The notes under the pieces are model-generated. The model searched no databases. It was given only the letters and a program-made list of their open reading frames with translations, and was not told the DNA's origin. A stretch of 63,183 nucleotides of DNA, counting the filler, from Aduncisulcus paluster (lineage: Eukaryota): assembly GCA_024181965.1 (NCBI GenBank). It is 5 parts of 5 records of this genome, joined end to end, with 100 filler letters (N's around TTAATTAATTAA, not from the genome) between each part and the next. Parts side by side here need not be neighbours in the genome. Positions count along the whole stretch, not along the records: positions 1 to 26,269 come from BQXS01012699.1; positions 26,370 to 35,911 come from BQXS01012701.1; 3 more parts are not named here. One strand, 5' to 3'. Positions 20,657-32,300 of the stretch are shown here, in pieces (positions within the stretch are counted from its first letter, which is position 1; each line of letters opens with the position of its first letter). Both the position numbers and the translations under genes were made by a program.

Positions 20657-23600
20657 TTACTCGGAATTCATGATATCGGTTATAAATTCATTGTCACCAT
20701 ACTGCCTTGCGAATTTCTGCAATTTTTCAATCTGTTTTTGTAATTTCTGTTTTTGAATTCTATGCTCCAAAAGTGATAATAAAACACAATGAGAGTCATA
20801 TTTCAGGTTACTAAGACATTCATAACATTCAATTAGTTTCTTGGAGAAGTATTTATGGGTCATTGACTCCCATAGAGCAAATACCATCATCAAATCACCT
20901 TGTTGTTCGTCCAATTTTAATAATAGTTCTTCTTCAATTTGTTTTTCATCATCTTCTCCAATATCTTTTTCTTTGCCCTTTTCTACCTCTGTTTTTCTGC
21001 TCACAAAATGTTCAATAAGAGACATTTTCTCCTCAAATTCGATATCTCTAGGCTTTGTATAACGAGAAATTGATTGGATAATAACATCGCTTTGAGGTTC
21101 TTCGATAATGATAGAATGAGAAAGAGTTAATAATAGAACAGAGCATCGACATAAAATATGTCCAAAATCTTCAATTCTCGGCAAAAGATATGATTCACCA
21201 ACTTTTGGCTCTATTAAACAACTCCTTTTACACAGTTTTTCAAGGCCTCCAAGGGATTTACAGAAAGAGTAAACTGTCTTTGAACACTTTGATATAGCTT
21301 CAAAAATATCACAGGAATCAGAAGAAAAATCATTATTACCTTGGCTACTAACACTCTTTGTTGTTTCAACTATACCATCAGCTGATTTCGTTAAGGAAGA
21401 AGAAGCAGAAGAGGAAGAGGAAGCATAAGAAGAAGCAGAAGAGGAAGAGGAAGCAGAAGAAGAGGAAGAAACAGTTGAAGAAACAGTTGAAGAAGGAGAT
21501 ACAGTTTTTTGGTGANNNNNNNNNNNNNNNNNNNNAGCTTCAAAAATATCACAGGAATCAGAAGAAAAATCATTATTACCTTGGCTACTAACACTCTTTG
21601 TTGTTTCAACTATACCATCAGCTGATTTCGTTAAGGAAGAAGAAGCAGAAGAGGAAGAGGAAGCATAAGAAGAAGCAGAAGAGGAAGAGGAAGCAGAAGA
21701 AGAGGAAGAAACAGTTGAAGAAACAGTTGAAGAAGGAGATACAGTTTTTTGGTGATGGTTACTCACATCCTGCACAGGTTTGGTGATTGATGGTTTGTGA
21801 TGTTGTTCGGCAACAGAAGCAGAATGCAATGGTTTCTTCTTTGGTTGCCTTTTAGCTGAGGTATGTCCAATACATTCAAGCTCAAGACATCTACATAATA
21901 TACAACACAAACCAACAACAACTCGAGCAACAATAATCGCAGAAGACTCTTCATGTTCTTCTTGTTCAGCTTTCAATACCCCAGAAATTAAAGAAGATGA
22001 AGTCGATTCTTCGATGAGTTCTATGATTGTATTGACAGTACGGTGCAAGAATGATTCATGAGAAGACACAGTATGACATAAGAATTTAACTGAAGAACGA
22101 TTGAGTGATGCGAGAGTCATCATAGATGCTGTACAAACATGAATGTTATGACTTTGTTTGACTTTTGGTGACATGAAAATAATTTGAGCCCACACCCCAA
22201 GTGAATATCCAATGGAGAACATTTTTGTGGAAGGCGGTAAGGCGCTTGTTGACACGCTAAGGCCATTGAGACCAACACAGAACCATTTGCTAAGCTCATA
22301 ATGCTGAGATAAAAACATGCATAGTAATACTTGGGCATTTCTTGCTCTAATGCATGATCCAGAGCATGCTACGTCAAGTAAATGCTTCATTGGACCATGA
22401 ATAAGAGGTAATGATGATATTTCTGGAGTTGGCGTAGACAGGGCAAGTGCCTCTTGCTTCAATGAGAAACAGAGCTTCACAATTGATTCTATCGGATTAT
22501 ACTGGGGCTGTGACTGTGACTTGGATGAAGAAGGAGAGAAGAAAGAGTGAGCTGTTGAAGATGAACTTCTTGAGTTTGAAGTACTCGAAAGATGATAGTT
22601 ATTGGAGAATAGACAGCATGCACAACAAGCAATCGATGAGATCTGAAGTAATTTATACTGAAGACATTCCCATTGCTCTTCCTCACGCTTGGAAATCCCT
22701 GATGAAGCAATAGTTTCAGATTCTATTGTCAACTTCTTACCACATTCTTCTTCTTCTTTTTCTTGTTTGTTTTCTTCTTCTTGTTTGTTTTCTTCTTCTT
22801 CTTGTTTGTTTTCTTCTCCTTTAATAACAACTCTCTCCAAATGCTCTGGATGTCCTATACTAATACCACTAATATCTGGAACATTACTTGGCTTTGATTC
22901 AATCATTTTGAAAGAGGCCTGGCCTAACGATTGAGCTGTTGATAAAGATGGTGTTATCTTCAACCTTGCTTCCTCTTCTTTACCATAAGACAACAGAAAT
23001 ATGGAATCTATTATGGATTTACAACATGTCACAGATATGCTATGTTCAGAGAGAGAGAGAGAGAGAGTAGAAGATGAAGAGAGGATAGATCGAAGCTCAG
23101 AAAGTGCACCAGAATCACTCATTGATAGACCGCAGAGAGAAGAGGAAGAAGAAGAGGAAGAGGAAGAGGAATCAAACTTTGAGGAACATTGTAAAAATGT
23201 GTTAAAACATCCATTTTTGGGAACTAATACGTTATTTATAGCCGATATAATTGTTATACAATCTTTGGGGACTTGGATATCAACATTCAATTTGGGAGAA
23301 CATAAGATATTGATTACTGATTCCCTACACTTTCTCAAAACTATATTTGGAGCAACTTTAATCAAAGAAGCTAGTATTTGAACACATGTAGTTATCAAAT
23401 CGGCGGGTAATGAATCAGCATTGTATTCAGCAAGGACTACAGAAACGCAAAGTGTCAAAAACATGATGGATTCTTGGGAATGAATTGAGGGTTCAAATAT
23501 GGAAAGAAATTGAATTAATTCTGCCAATTGAAGCAAAATAACGTCATAAGAACACGTTTGAGAACCGTCACACATCGTATCATCAGCTATGAGATTGGCA

Positions 23601-24658
23601 AATGTTATAGACAAATGACGAACTAATAACATCAAAATAGGTTGATATTTGGAGGTTTCATCAGCTTTAACAGAAGAAGGTGAATCTTTGATTGTCATAT
23701 GATGTGAATCAAAGCAAGAAGAATGAAGAATACTCGACAAAAGAGTGAGAGCAGTTTTGAAGAAAGAAGAAGTTGAAGAGATGCAAATATAACATGATAT
23801 TGTACTTAAGGCCTCAATACTTGACGTAATTTCTTTGATAATGAATGGTAACACTCCTATATAAGTTGTGGAGGGAGACAAGGACATGGATAATGGAGAA
23901 ATCATAGAGAGAGATGAGCTTTCATCGGTATATATATCTCTATCGCGTAAGGACAGCTGTGAATCAGAGTGTTTGGATGCTTGGTGAACATCATACCTTC
24001 CCAAACTGACCTCGATCATCTTCAAAATACTTTCAAAGGAAATGACCCATTTATATGACTTTGATAAGATAAGGGTGGACTCTCGAGCTTTTATAAAGGA
24101 AGAAAGAATATCATTATTGGTTTCTTTTAACGAATTATCGAATAAAAATGAATGAGTCGAGATAAAATTATTCGTTTGACGTTGAATGACCGAAAATGGG
24201 AAAATCTTCATAAAGGAAGAGAAAACAACAGAAAATAAATCTTTTGATTCAAAAATATCAAGCACATTGATGTGTGGTTTAACAAAAAAGTCACAAATCT
24301 CATCAACAATGGAAGAGAATGATTCCATATCACTTTCTTCAAGTTTTTTGATGATATCAAGAGGAAATTCATCAATTACAACAGGTTTATCGCTTATTTT
24401 CTCATCGATTTCAATTTTTTCTTGAGGAATCTCTTGTTGCGGATCTTCTACCGGAGGATCAATATCATTGATTGTCTTGATTGATTTATCAGTGGGTATT
24501 GCGTGTTCTTCAAAAGTATCAAAAAAATCTTCTTCTTTCGGTTTGGAAGTGGAGATATCTCCAGACCCAACAACAAAATCATCAACGGGTCCTTCAATTT
24601 CATCTACAATATCAAACTCGTCTTGTTCATCGTCATCTAGCAAACTATAAACATTCAT
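20657..24658 (-). CDS. Large helical-repeat (ARM-like) protein with acidic N-terminus; weak resemblance to Uso1/p115
   Basis: Long ORF that includes a 220-bp gap-overlap duplicate. VVVGLCCILC and the C-terminal EQQGDLMMVF loosely recall p115 head and tail motifs. The identity is uncertain. Confidence 0.55.
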   Translation of the reverse strand: MNVYSLLDDDEQDEFDIVDEIEGPVDDFVVGSGDISTSKPKEEDFFDTFEEHAIPTDKSIKTINDIDPPVEDPQQEIPQEKIEIDEKISDKPVVIDEFPLDIIKKLEESDMESFSSIVDEICDFFVKPHINVLDIFESKDLFSVVFSSFMKIFPFSVIQRQTNNFISTHSFLFDNSLKETNNDILSSFIKARESTLILSKSYKWVISFESILKMIEVSLGRYDVHQASKHSDSQLSLRDRDIYTDESSSLSMISPLSMSLSPSTTYIGVLPFIIKEITSSIEALSTISCYICISSTSSFFKTALTLLSSILHSSCFDSHHMTIKDSPSSVKADETSKYQPILMLLVRHLSITFANLIADDTMCDGSQTCSYDVILLQLAELIQFLSIFEPSIHSQESIMFLTLCVSVVLAEYNADSLPADLITTCVQILASLIKVAPNIVLRKCRESVINILCSPKLNVDIQVPKDCITIISAINNVLVPKNGCFNTFLQCSSKFDSSSSSSSSSSSLCGLSMSDSGALSELRSILSSSSTLSLSLSEHSISVTCCKSIIDSIFLLSYGKEEEARLKITPSLSTAQSLGQASFKMIESKPSNVPDISGISIGHPEHLERVVIKGEENKQEEEENKQEEENKQEKEEEECGKKLTIESETIASSGISKREEEQWECLQYKLLQISSIACCACCLFSNNYHLSSTSNSRSSSSTAHSFFSPSSSKSQSQPQYNPIESIVKLCFSLKQEALALSTPTPEISSLPLIHGPMKHLLDVACSGSCIRARNAQVLLCMFLSQHYELSKWFCVGLNGLSVSTSALPPSTKMFSIGYSLGVWAQIIFMSPKVKQSHNIHVCTASMMTLASLNRSSVKFLCHTVSSHESFLHRTVNTIIELIEESTSSSLISGVLKAEQEEHEESSAIIVARVVVGLCCILCRCLELECIGHTSAKRQPKKKPLHSASVAEQHHKPSITKPVQDVSNHHQKTVSPSSTVSSTVSSSSSASSSSSASSYASSSSSASSSLTKSADGIVETTKSVSSQGNNDFSSDSCDIFEAXXXXXXXHQKTVSPSSTVSSTVSSSSSASSSSSASSYASSSSSASSSLTKSADGIVETTKSVSSQGNNDFSSDSCDIFEAISKCSKTVYSFCKSLGGLEKLCKRSCLIEPKVGESYLLPRIEDFGHILCRCSVLLLTLSHSIIIEEPQSDVIIQSISRYTKPRDIEFEEKMSLIEHFVSRKTEVEKGKEKDIGEDDEKQIEEELLLKLDEQQGDLMMVFALWESMTHKYFSKKLIECYECLSNLKYDSHCVLLSLLEHRIQKQKLQKQIEKLQKFARQYGDNEFITDIMNSE

Positions 24659-25042
24659 TGTACTATTTAATTATGCATGGGCAGTCAAAATCATCAAATC
24701 GGAATCAAGAACATTATATCAAGATAAAAAAGAGGTATAAACCAAATAAATCAAATAATAATTTTATTATTTATTCTGATATGGAATAATTTCTTTCGAT
24801 TCTGAGCGGAAGAGCATGACAACTTGTCAGCTGACATCCACTGTATAAAGAATGGAAAATCAATAAATCCAATAAAAATAAACGAAATCTATTTTAATAA
24901 ATTTGATGGATATGATTGTTATCAAAACGAAGGAGCGAAATAACGGCAAGAACGAAGCATTCAGATAATTTGAGAGATGAATACGAAAATAAATGTTCAA
25001 TAATAAGTTACATGCTGTCTTAACGAGTGTCTATTGATGGTA

Positions 25043-26026
25043 TTAGACAACAACAACGAGGCACATGAGAGGATCATCACTGCGCATCATCATGCATTCA
25101 GGCTTAATACCTTTAGCCATGCAACCCAAGGCAACATGACTAGAAACGATTCCAGCGTCATTCTTGTAAGCGTAACCCATGATATCTCCAGGCTTCTTAC
25201 ATTCAACGGTGTAGAAAACAGGCTTTTCATCCATGGTTCCCTCAACAATTTTGCTGTCCATTCCGTTCTCAAGGAGGACCTTAGCAATGGACTCGTATTG
25301 GGGGTGTTCAGAATGGACACGGTTGTAGACGAAAGCCTGCCTGTTGATAGCGGTAGGAGCAATCGTACCACAATCACATCCATGCTTCACAGCAGCATCC
25401 CAATCACGGAAGGCTGGGATGGTCTTACGGATACGGCGAGGGTCACGACTGGAAACGAACTTACGGCCATCATCAGCACACTTACGAATGGCAAGTTTCT
25501 TGGCGGGGACATCCTTGGAGAAATATCCGATTGGGGAAACACAGTATGGCTCAACACCGCCACCAATGGCACGAGCAGTGGCTTTAGAGTAACTACCAGC
25601 CATCCAGCAGGTAGCAAGCTTCATGGCAGTACATTTCAAGATGAAGAGCTCAAAACAGAAAGAAGCATTCTCGAGGGAAATCTTCTTCTCGTCATAATTG
25701 AAAATGACACAACCAACGGGATTCTTGGCAAAGGAGAAAAATCCCAATTTGAACATGGTGGCAATATCTTTGTTTCCGGTAACAATAATAATGTTGGCTC
25801 CAACATATTCGGAGGTGAGACGCTTAGCAAACTGGTTCAGAATCCTCAAATCTTCAGGGGTAAGAGGTCTTTCAGCATCGTAGGTGGTACCACGACGACT
25901 ACGACGATGGAATTGGGCAGTGTACAACTCTTCGATTTCTTTGGGGGATAAGAAGGACATCAGAGTTTTACCACCTCTTCCTTGTAAAGGGGATGTGATT
26001 TTAGGAGAAGACCAAGGGAACACCAT
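25043..26026 (-). CDS. Nitroreductase, TM1586-like bacterial family
   Basis: RRSRR (RxSxR FMN motif), LATCWMAG, SPIGY, APTAINRQ and DAGIVSSH. Strongly biased codons leave the antisense frame open. Alternative start at 25960. Confidence 0.8.
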   Translation of the reverse strand: MVFPWSSPKITSPLQGRGGKTLMSFLSPKEIEELYTAQFHRRSRRGTTYDAERPLTPEDLRILNQFAKRLTSEYVGANIIIVTGNKDIATMFKLGFFSFAKNPVGCVIFNYDEKKISLENASFCFELFILKCTAMKLATCWMAGSYSKATARAIGGGVEPYCVSPIGYFSKDVPAKKLAIRKCADDGRKFVSSRDPRRIRKTIPAFRDWDAAVKHGCDCGTIAPTAINRQAFVYNRVHSEHPQYESIAKVLLENGMDSKIVEGTMDEKPVFYTVECKKPGDIMGYAYKNDAGIVSSHVALGCMAKGIKPECMMMRSDDPLMCLVVVV

Positions 26027-26269
26027 TTTGATTGAAGCAAAACAGGAAGTTTATAATGAATTTGGTTCGGATTTTTTTTGGACTTCGATAACTCTTCCAT
26101 CTGTGTATTTATTCATGCTGAAACTGGTATGAACGAGTTTTAAATATGACTAACACTAATAAATCATGCATATATCATTTTCAAAAGGGCTATACGACTC
26201 AGAAACTGGAAAAATACCAAAAGAGCATTTAATGAGCAAAATGTAACAGATTTATTTATCAAAATTGGT

Positions 26270-26369
26270 NNNNNNNNNNNNNNNNNNNNNNNNNNNNNNN
26301 NNNNNNNNNNNNNTTAATTAATTAANNNNNNNNNNNNNNNNNNNNNNNNNNNNNNNNNNNNNNNNNNNN
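26270..26369. other. Artificial scaffold linker (44N-TTAATTAATTAA-44N)
   Basis: Exact 100-nt linker with stop codons in all six frames. Confidence 0.97.
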
Positions 26370-29300
26370 ACAACTCCATCTCCTTCTCCTTCTCCATTTG
26401 AAGAAAGAATACTAATAAATCCATGACGTTCAGGGATTTCAAACAGTTCGGGAAAACCGACTATCCTGATATTTAGAGAAGAATCACGTTCTGAATGTGG
26501 TGAGAACACTATCTTTATGAATGTTGCTGATCCTGGTGGAAGGATTAGAGAGGAAGCAGGAGATAGCGATAAAAATGGTGAATTCCTATCCGTTTGAACA
26601 AACTCCTCCCCAACAATAAAATCATCCATGCTCGTCACATTCACAGTCATACCAGTCCCATCACGTCCGACATCATCAGGAATCTCTATTGTTCCATCTC
26701 TTCTCCTTGTTGATGATGCAAAGAACTCTTCACGATGCTGCTCTTGTTTCTTACCAGCTGAAAAAGAAGAGGAAGAGGAAGAGGAATGTGGAGAATGTGG
26801 GGAATCTAGTTCGTGATTATCATTGACTTGAGAAGAACCATGTTGTGAAGCTGGAGAAGAAGAAGAAGAAGAAGAAGTCTCGTCTTCATGGACAATTTCT
26901 ATAGGTAAATGGGGAATTGAAGGTATTTTCCTTATAGTATTATTATTATTCTTAGTATGCTGTGGTTTTCCTTCAATGATTTCAACACATCCTTCAACAA
27001 CTCTTACAGTCCATTCCTCAGTGTACTCAACTTCAGCATCAATAAACACTCCAACTCTAACATTTGTACGTCCAATATTCTCTACTTTCACATTGGTTTG
27101 TACTGTTGACTCCACAGGTATAACAGGGAGATCAAGAGAAAGCTGTTGATGCTGATGATGCTGTTGTGATTGTTGTGGTGATGGTTGCATCTGTTGTGAT
27201 TCTTGTATGCTTTGTGTTGAACCAGAGTAGCTTGAGGAAGACCCAGAGCTTGAGGAAGACCCAGAGCTTGATGAAGACATAGAAGTGGAACCAAGGGATA
27301 TCATTAGTAAAGGAGGACAAGTGAAAGAGTTCATTGTAATCTTTGTGTCATTTACAAGTGGACATTTGAAGGCAACTACCCCAGTGAACGAAGCAGAAGG
27401 ATGGAAAGGAGTGAAGAGCACAGGTAAATGTAAGGTAGATGTTTTGTCAAGAGTGATTGAAACGGGAGCAAAAATAAACGCTTGAGGCTGTTGTTGGTGT
27501 TGTTTGCTCTTTTTCTGCTTCTTACTTCCACTGTGACTTCCAGATTGCTTCTTACTTTGATGGGATAGACTCGAGGAACTAGAAACAGCGAGGAATCTAT
27601 TTTGGGAACTCCTTTGAGAAGAATCTCCATCCTTTCTTTTTCTTCCATGATGATGATCGGGATGATAATCGGGATGATAATCAGGAATGGATATTGATTC
27701 GAATTTCTTACCACTGATTTGTAAAGGACAATTACCGTCGTTAATAAGCACAATTTCACATCTCCTCAACTCCCCGGCCCCAGTTAATGACAAAGGTGGG
27801 ATGTTAATCGTTAATTCTTGACCATCTGAAGTAGATCCCAAATGAACAAGAGAAGTCTTCCCTTTATCTTCCTCAATTTTCTCACAGAAACTGACAGATA
27901 ACGATGGGAAAAGTAAAGAAAATGAAATCGGAAGACTCAAAACATCAGTCAGATCAGTGCCAACAAGAGATGATGAAAGGTTGATAAAACACGACAAATA
28001 ATTACGGTTATTTTCATTGTAATTATCCTTGAAAGACACTGGAATAGACAAAACAATGGAGATAGTTGATGTTTCATTCGGTGTGAGAGTAAATTTAACT
28101 GGTTTGACTGCGAATAAATCAGATACCTCAAAATTAGCATCGTAAGAAGAGGAAGAAGAGGAAGAAGAGGAGGAAGAGGAGGAGGAGGAGGAGGAAGATA
28201 ATGTAGATGATTGGTGATTCATTACTGCACCAAATCTTGTCATAGAGTCTGTTTTGATACTTCTTTCTTTTTCTTCTGCACGCTCATCATTATCATTATC
28301 ATCAATTTCAGATAACTCAGTGATCTCNNNNNNNNNNNNNNNNNNNNGAGATAGTTGATGTTCATTCGGTGTGAGAGTAAATTTAACTGGTTTGACTGCG
28401 AATAAATCAGATACCTCAAAATTAGCATCGTAAGAAGAGGAAGAAGAGGAAGAAGAGGAGGAAGAGGAGGAGGAGGAGGAAGATAATGTAGATGATTGGT
28501 GATTCATTACTGCACCAAATCTTGTCATAGAGTCTGTTTTGATACTTCTTTCTTTTTCTTCTGCACGCTCATCATTATCATTATCATCAATTTCAGATAA
28601 CTCAGTGATCTCTTGTATACCAGTAAACTTATCCTTCCCACGATCTTTGTCTGCATCTTCTTTAGCATGATCTTTGGCATGATCTTTGTAATAATCTGCA
28701 TGCTCAGCATCTTTTGTTGTGATGGTCCTTGTAACACTCGCTGTAACACTAGCTGTGGCATCAGTGTTATTCAATGAGGAAATGATAGGGGTTGTTGAAA
28801 TATCCCGATTATTTGAGCTCTGAGCAATGTTAATAAATACGTTAAGGCTCATGTATTTGTGAATGTTCTTCAGGACTATATGAGCAGTGACAGAAGAATC
28901 ACATAACAACGGTCCAAAGTTAAGAGAAGAGATAGAATCGAATGGAAGACAAGAAACATCCAATGGGAAAGGCTGTTTAACTTTTGTTAAAGAAGAAGAA
29001 GAAGCGGAGGATGAAGAAGAAGAGGGAGATATAGCCTCAGAATCAAGAGAAGTGAATTCATTGTCAATATCGACAGAGACAACCTCAAGGCTAGGCTTTG
29101 ATGAATTGAACAACACTACTCTTTTCACCAGAGTATTTCTTTGTTCAGACCCACCATGGTATAATTTAACAGAACGATCCATCATATCGGATGGTTCTTC
29201 TTCTTCCACGGCAGATCCCCTTTCTTCAATCAAACTGCACTCACAAATACATCCACAAAGAGCCAATGACAAAGGAATGGGTATGAACATTGATAGTTTC

Positions 29301-32300
29301 AACGAAAAGGCTGTTTTAGGTGGCAAATAAAATATTTGAGGAGTTAAAGAAAACAGAGATATTGGTAATTCATTAGTTATAGGGTATTTTTCTTCATCAG
29401 TACCATCTCTTCGCATCTCTCCTGCCTTCAGAATCCTTGCTGATATTTTTGCAGTCGCAGATCCACTGTTTTGAATTCTCCATCCCAAAGATCTTGACTC
29501 CAAACGACCCTGAGTAATAGCATCTACCCAGGGGGAGCCTGACGCATCAATTGATGAAACACCGACTTGAATGTTAACTGAGAAAGTCTGGGAGATTGAG
29601 GAAGATGTGAGAGAGGATGCAGAGAGAAGTCGATGGGAAGCAAATGTATTTGCCACGGAAGAAGAGGAAGAAGAAGAAGCTGAAGCTAAACCTGAAGCTA
29701 AACCTGAAGCTGAAGCAGAAGACGGCATGTCACCCTGTTCTCTCTTTTTGAAAGTACTACCTTCATGAGAAATAAGATCTCCAAAGTGTTCAATATCACT
29801 ACCAGGATCAGCAGATGATGATGTATTACCACTACTACTACTATTATTCTCACATATGGTTAACATCAATCGCATCTCAGTGCATTTATCAACACCAAAA
29901 ATATCGGGGAACAGTTTTAGAGCTATAAAGGGTACTCGGAGTTCAAATACAACATACACGGTTCCAGACGGTAGAAGATCGGCTGAAACCGGTAGATCGG
30001 TTGGAGATGGTAATAATTTTGAGGAAAGAGAACCATTATCGTTCAAATTGGACATGAGCTGAGAAATTGATCTATCCAAAGATTCAATTTCATCTTCCAA
30101 AGTTCTGTTAGATATCTCTTCATGTTGCTTTGTTTTCTTGATAAAGACCTCATTCTTTTCCCATTCTTTAAGAATTTCATATGTCCGTTTGTTCATTTTT
30201 TCTTCACTTTCTTCAACTAAATCTGAATCAAGACTTCCAGATGTCATTGATGTTGTTGAGCCAGATGTGCCATCAAGGATAACATTACTTGCTGACGAAC
30301 CAACAGATAAATAAGATTTCCTATGGGGAAGAAGAAGAAGAAGAAGAAGAGGAGGAGAAAGAAGAAGAGGAGCTACTGTTCAACAAACTAGCAGCTTTTC
30401 CAACCTTTCTTGAGACTTTTCTAGCCCTTGACAAACCTTTTTTGCCTTGCTGAGTTGATAGTTGATGAGAAGTGGTACCACTTCCTTTCTTCTTAACGAC
30501 TCGTTTCTTGCGCAACTTTCTCATTTGTTGAATTTTGAGAATCTCGGTCTTGCGGATTTCTTCCTCGAGATCGGAACAGAAACCTATTTTTAGGTAACGA
30601 GCAAATATTTGAGAAAGAACAGGATCACATTCAAATTCTTCAACGCCTGTTGAAGAATTATAAGAAGAAGAATCGCCTCCGACAGATTCAACATGATGCT
30701 TATCGTTGTCATCCTCATCTTCTTCTCCTCCAATGATTATGGGTTCAAAAGTATGAGTTTCAGGATCAAATCTAATTTTAGAACCAACTGAGAATCTATT
30801 TATATGACCTCGAGATGAGAAACTTTCACCGAGACATTCTTGGATAATTTTTACACTGATATCTTTTGCCACTTCATTTCCAACATTTTCAACTTTAATA
30901 CAAGTCCTTATCCTTTCGCCAACAGCAACTCTTTGAGCCAATTGTTTCTTACTTTCACTCCTCATCGAACTGGTGTTCGTAGATAATGATATTGGACATT
31001 CATGGGCTTCATGTGAATGTTGAATGTTAAGGTCATTGCAGCTCAAAACAAGACACGTTGCACCACACAAACCATTAATAGCTATATCACATCTTTCAGA
31101 TATCTCTGGTATAACCTGAAGTATTGCAGAACTTTGAGAGTCCTTGACAACGGGGTGGTATACAACAGAAAACACAAACTCATTCATCGAGCTTCCAGGA
31201 TCAACCCAAAAATCTATACTTTTATCATCGTAACGTAAGATATTTCCTTCAAGTCTGTCAAGAGTGACAAGTTTAAACACATTACCTGAATATCCACCAG
31301 TTTCTCCTTGTCCCAATAAAGAAACACGAATGATTTCTTTCTCAATGCCTCCAGAAATAATTCGTATCTTCTCAGACCTCTCTTCTCCTCTCTCAGTATG
31401 TGGGAAATTAATAGCAGTTGGAAGAGAGAGAAGAGGAGAGCAGGTGGAAGAAGAGAGAGTAAGAGAGAACGAACATGGGTGCAGAGAAGATATGGGTGTC
31501 TTTGAGGAAGCAGAAGAAGAAGAAGAAGCAGAAGAAGAAGCAGAAGAAGAAGAGGAAGCAGAAGAAGAAGCAGAAGAAGAACCTCCTTCTCCAAGCTCTC
31601 TTCTTTCTCTCTCTAGTTCTCTCTCTTCTTCTTCTTCCTCCTCCTCTTCTTCTGCTTCACCCATGATATTAGAACTCTCATATGAAGAATCATACTTATC
31701 GTATTTCCTTGATCTTCCACTCCATCTCCTTGAAGAATGGCTATTTTTAGAATATGAGAGAAGAAGAAGAAGAAGAAGAGGAAGAGGAAGAAGAGGAAGA
31801 AGAGGAAGAAGAAGACATGGGAGGATATAATCTAGAGGATTTTTTGGCACCAGAAGGTCTTGATGATCTAGCGGTTATTCTTCGACTCAAAGTCCGTGAC
31901 ATTGTATGACTAATCCACATTTCACGCTCTCTTAACTTTTTCTGGCCTTCGGTCTCAAGAATTCTGAGGTTTAGGGACAAACCAAGATCTTTTTTTAGAT
32001 GTATGAGACCAGATGAGAAAGTTACCAGCAGTAGAGAAGAAGATAGAGGAGGCAAGAACAATGGAAGTGGCAATAAAGAAGAAATCGGGAATGCTGTTCT
32101 CAACAAACCATACCCATTACCATTACGACTGTTGTTGATCCCATTCTTGAAATGTCCGACACCCAATCCTGTCGAAGAAAAAGAAGAAGATTGATGGTGA
32201 GAATGTTGGTGAGAATGTTGGTGAGATTCAGTTGAAGTTGATGAGTATAGAGTATCGTTGTCCCATTGTGATCCAAAACATGGTATCCAATCTCTCCGTT

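Noticed and set aside
25034..25951. 305-aa plus-strand ORF
   Set aside because: Antisense shadow of the codon-biased nitroreductase, with no recognisable motifs.
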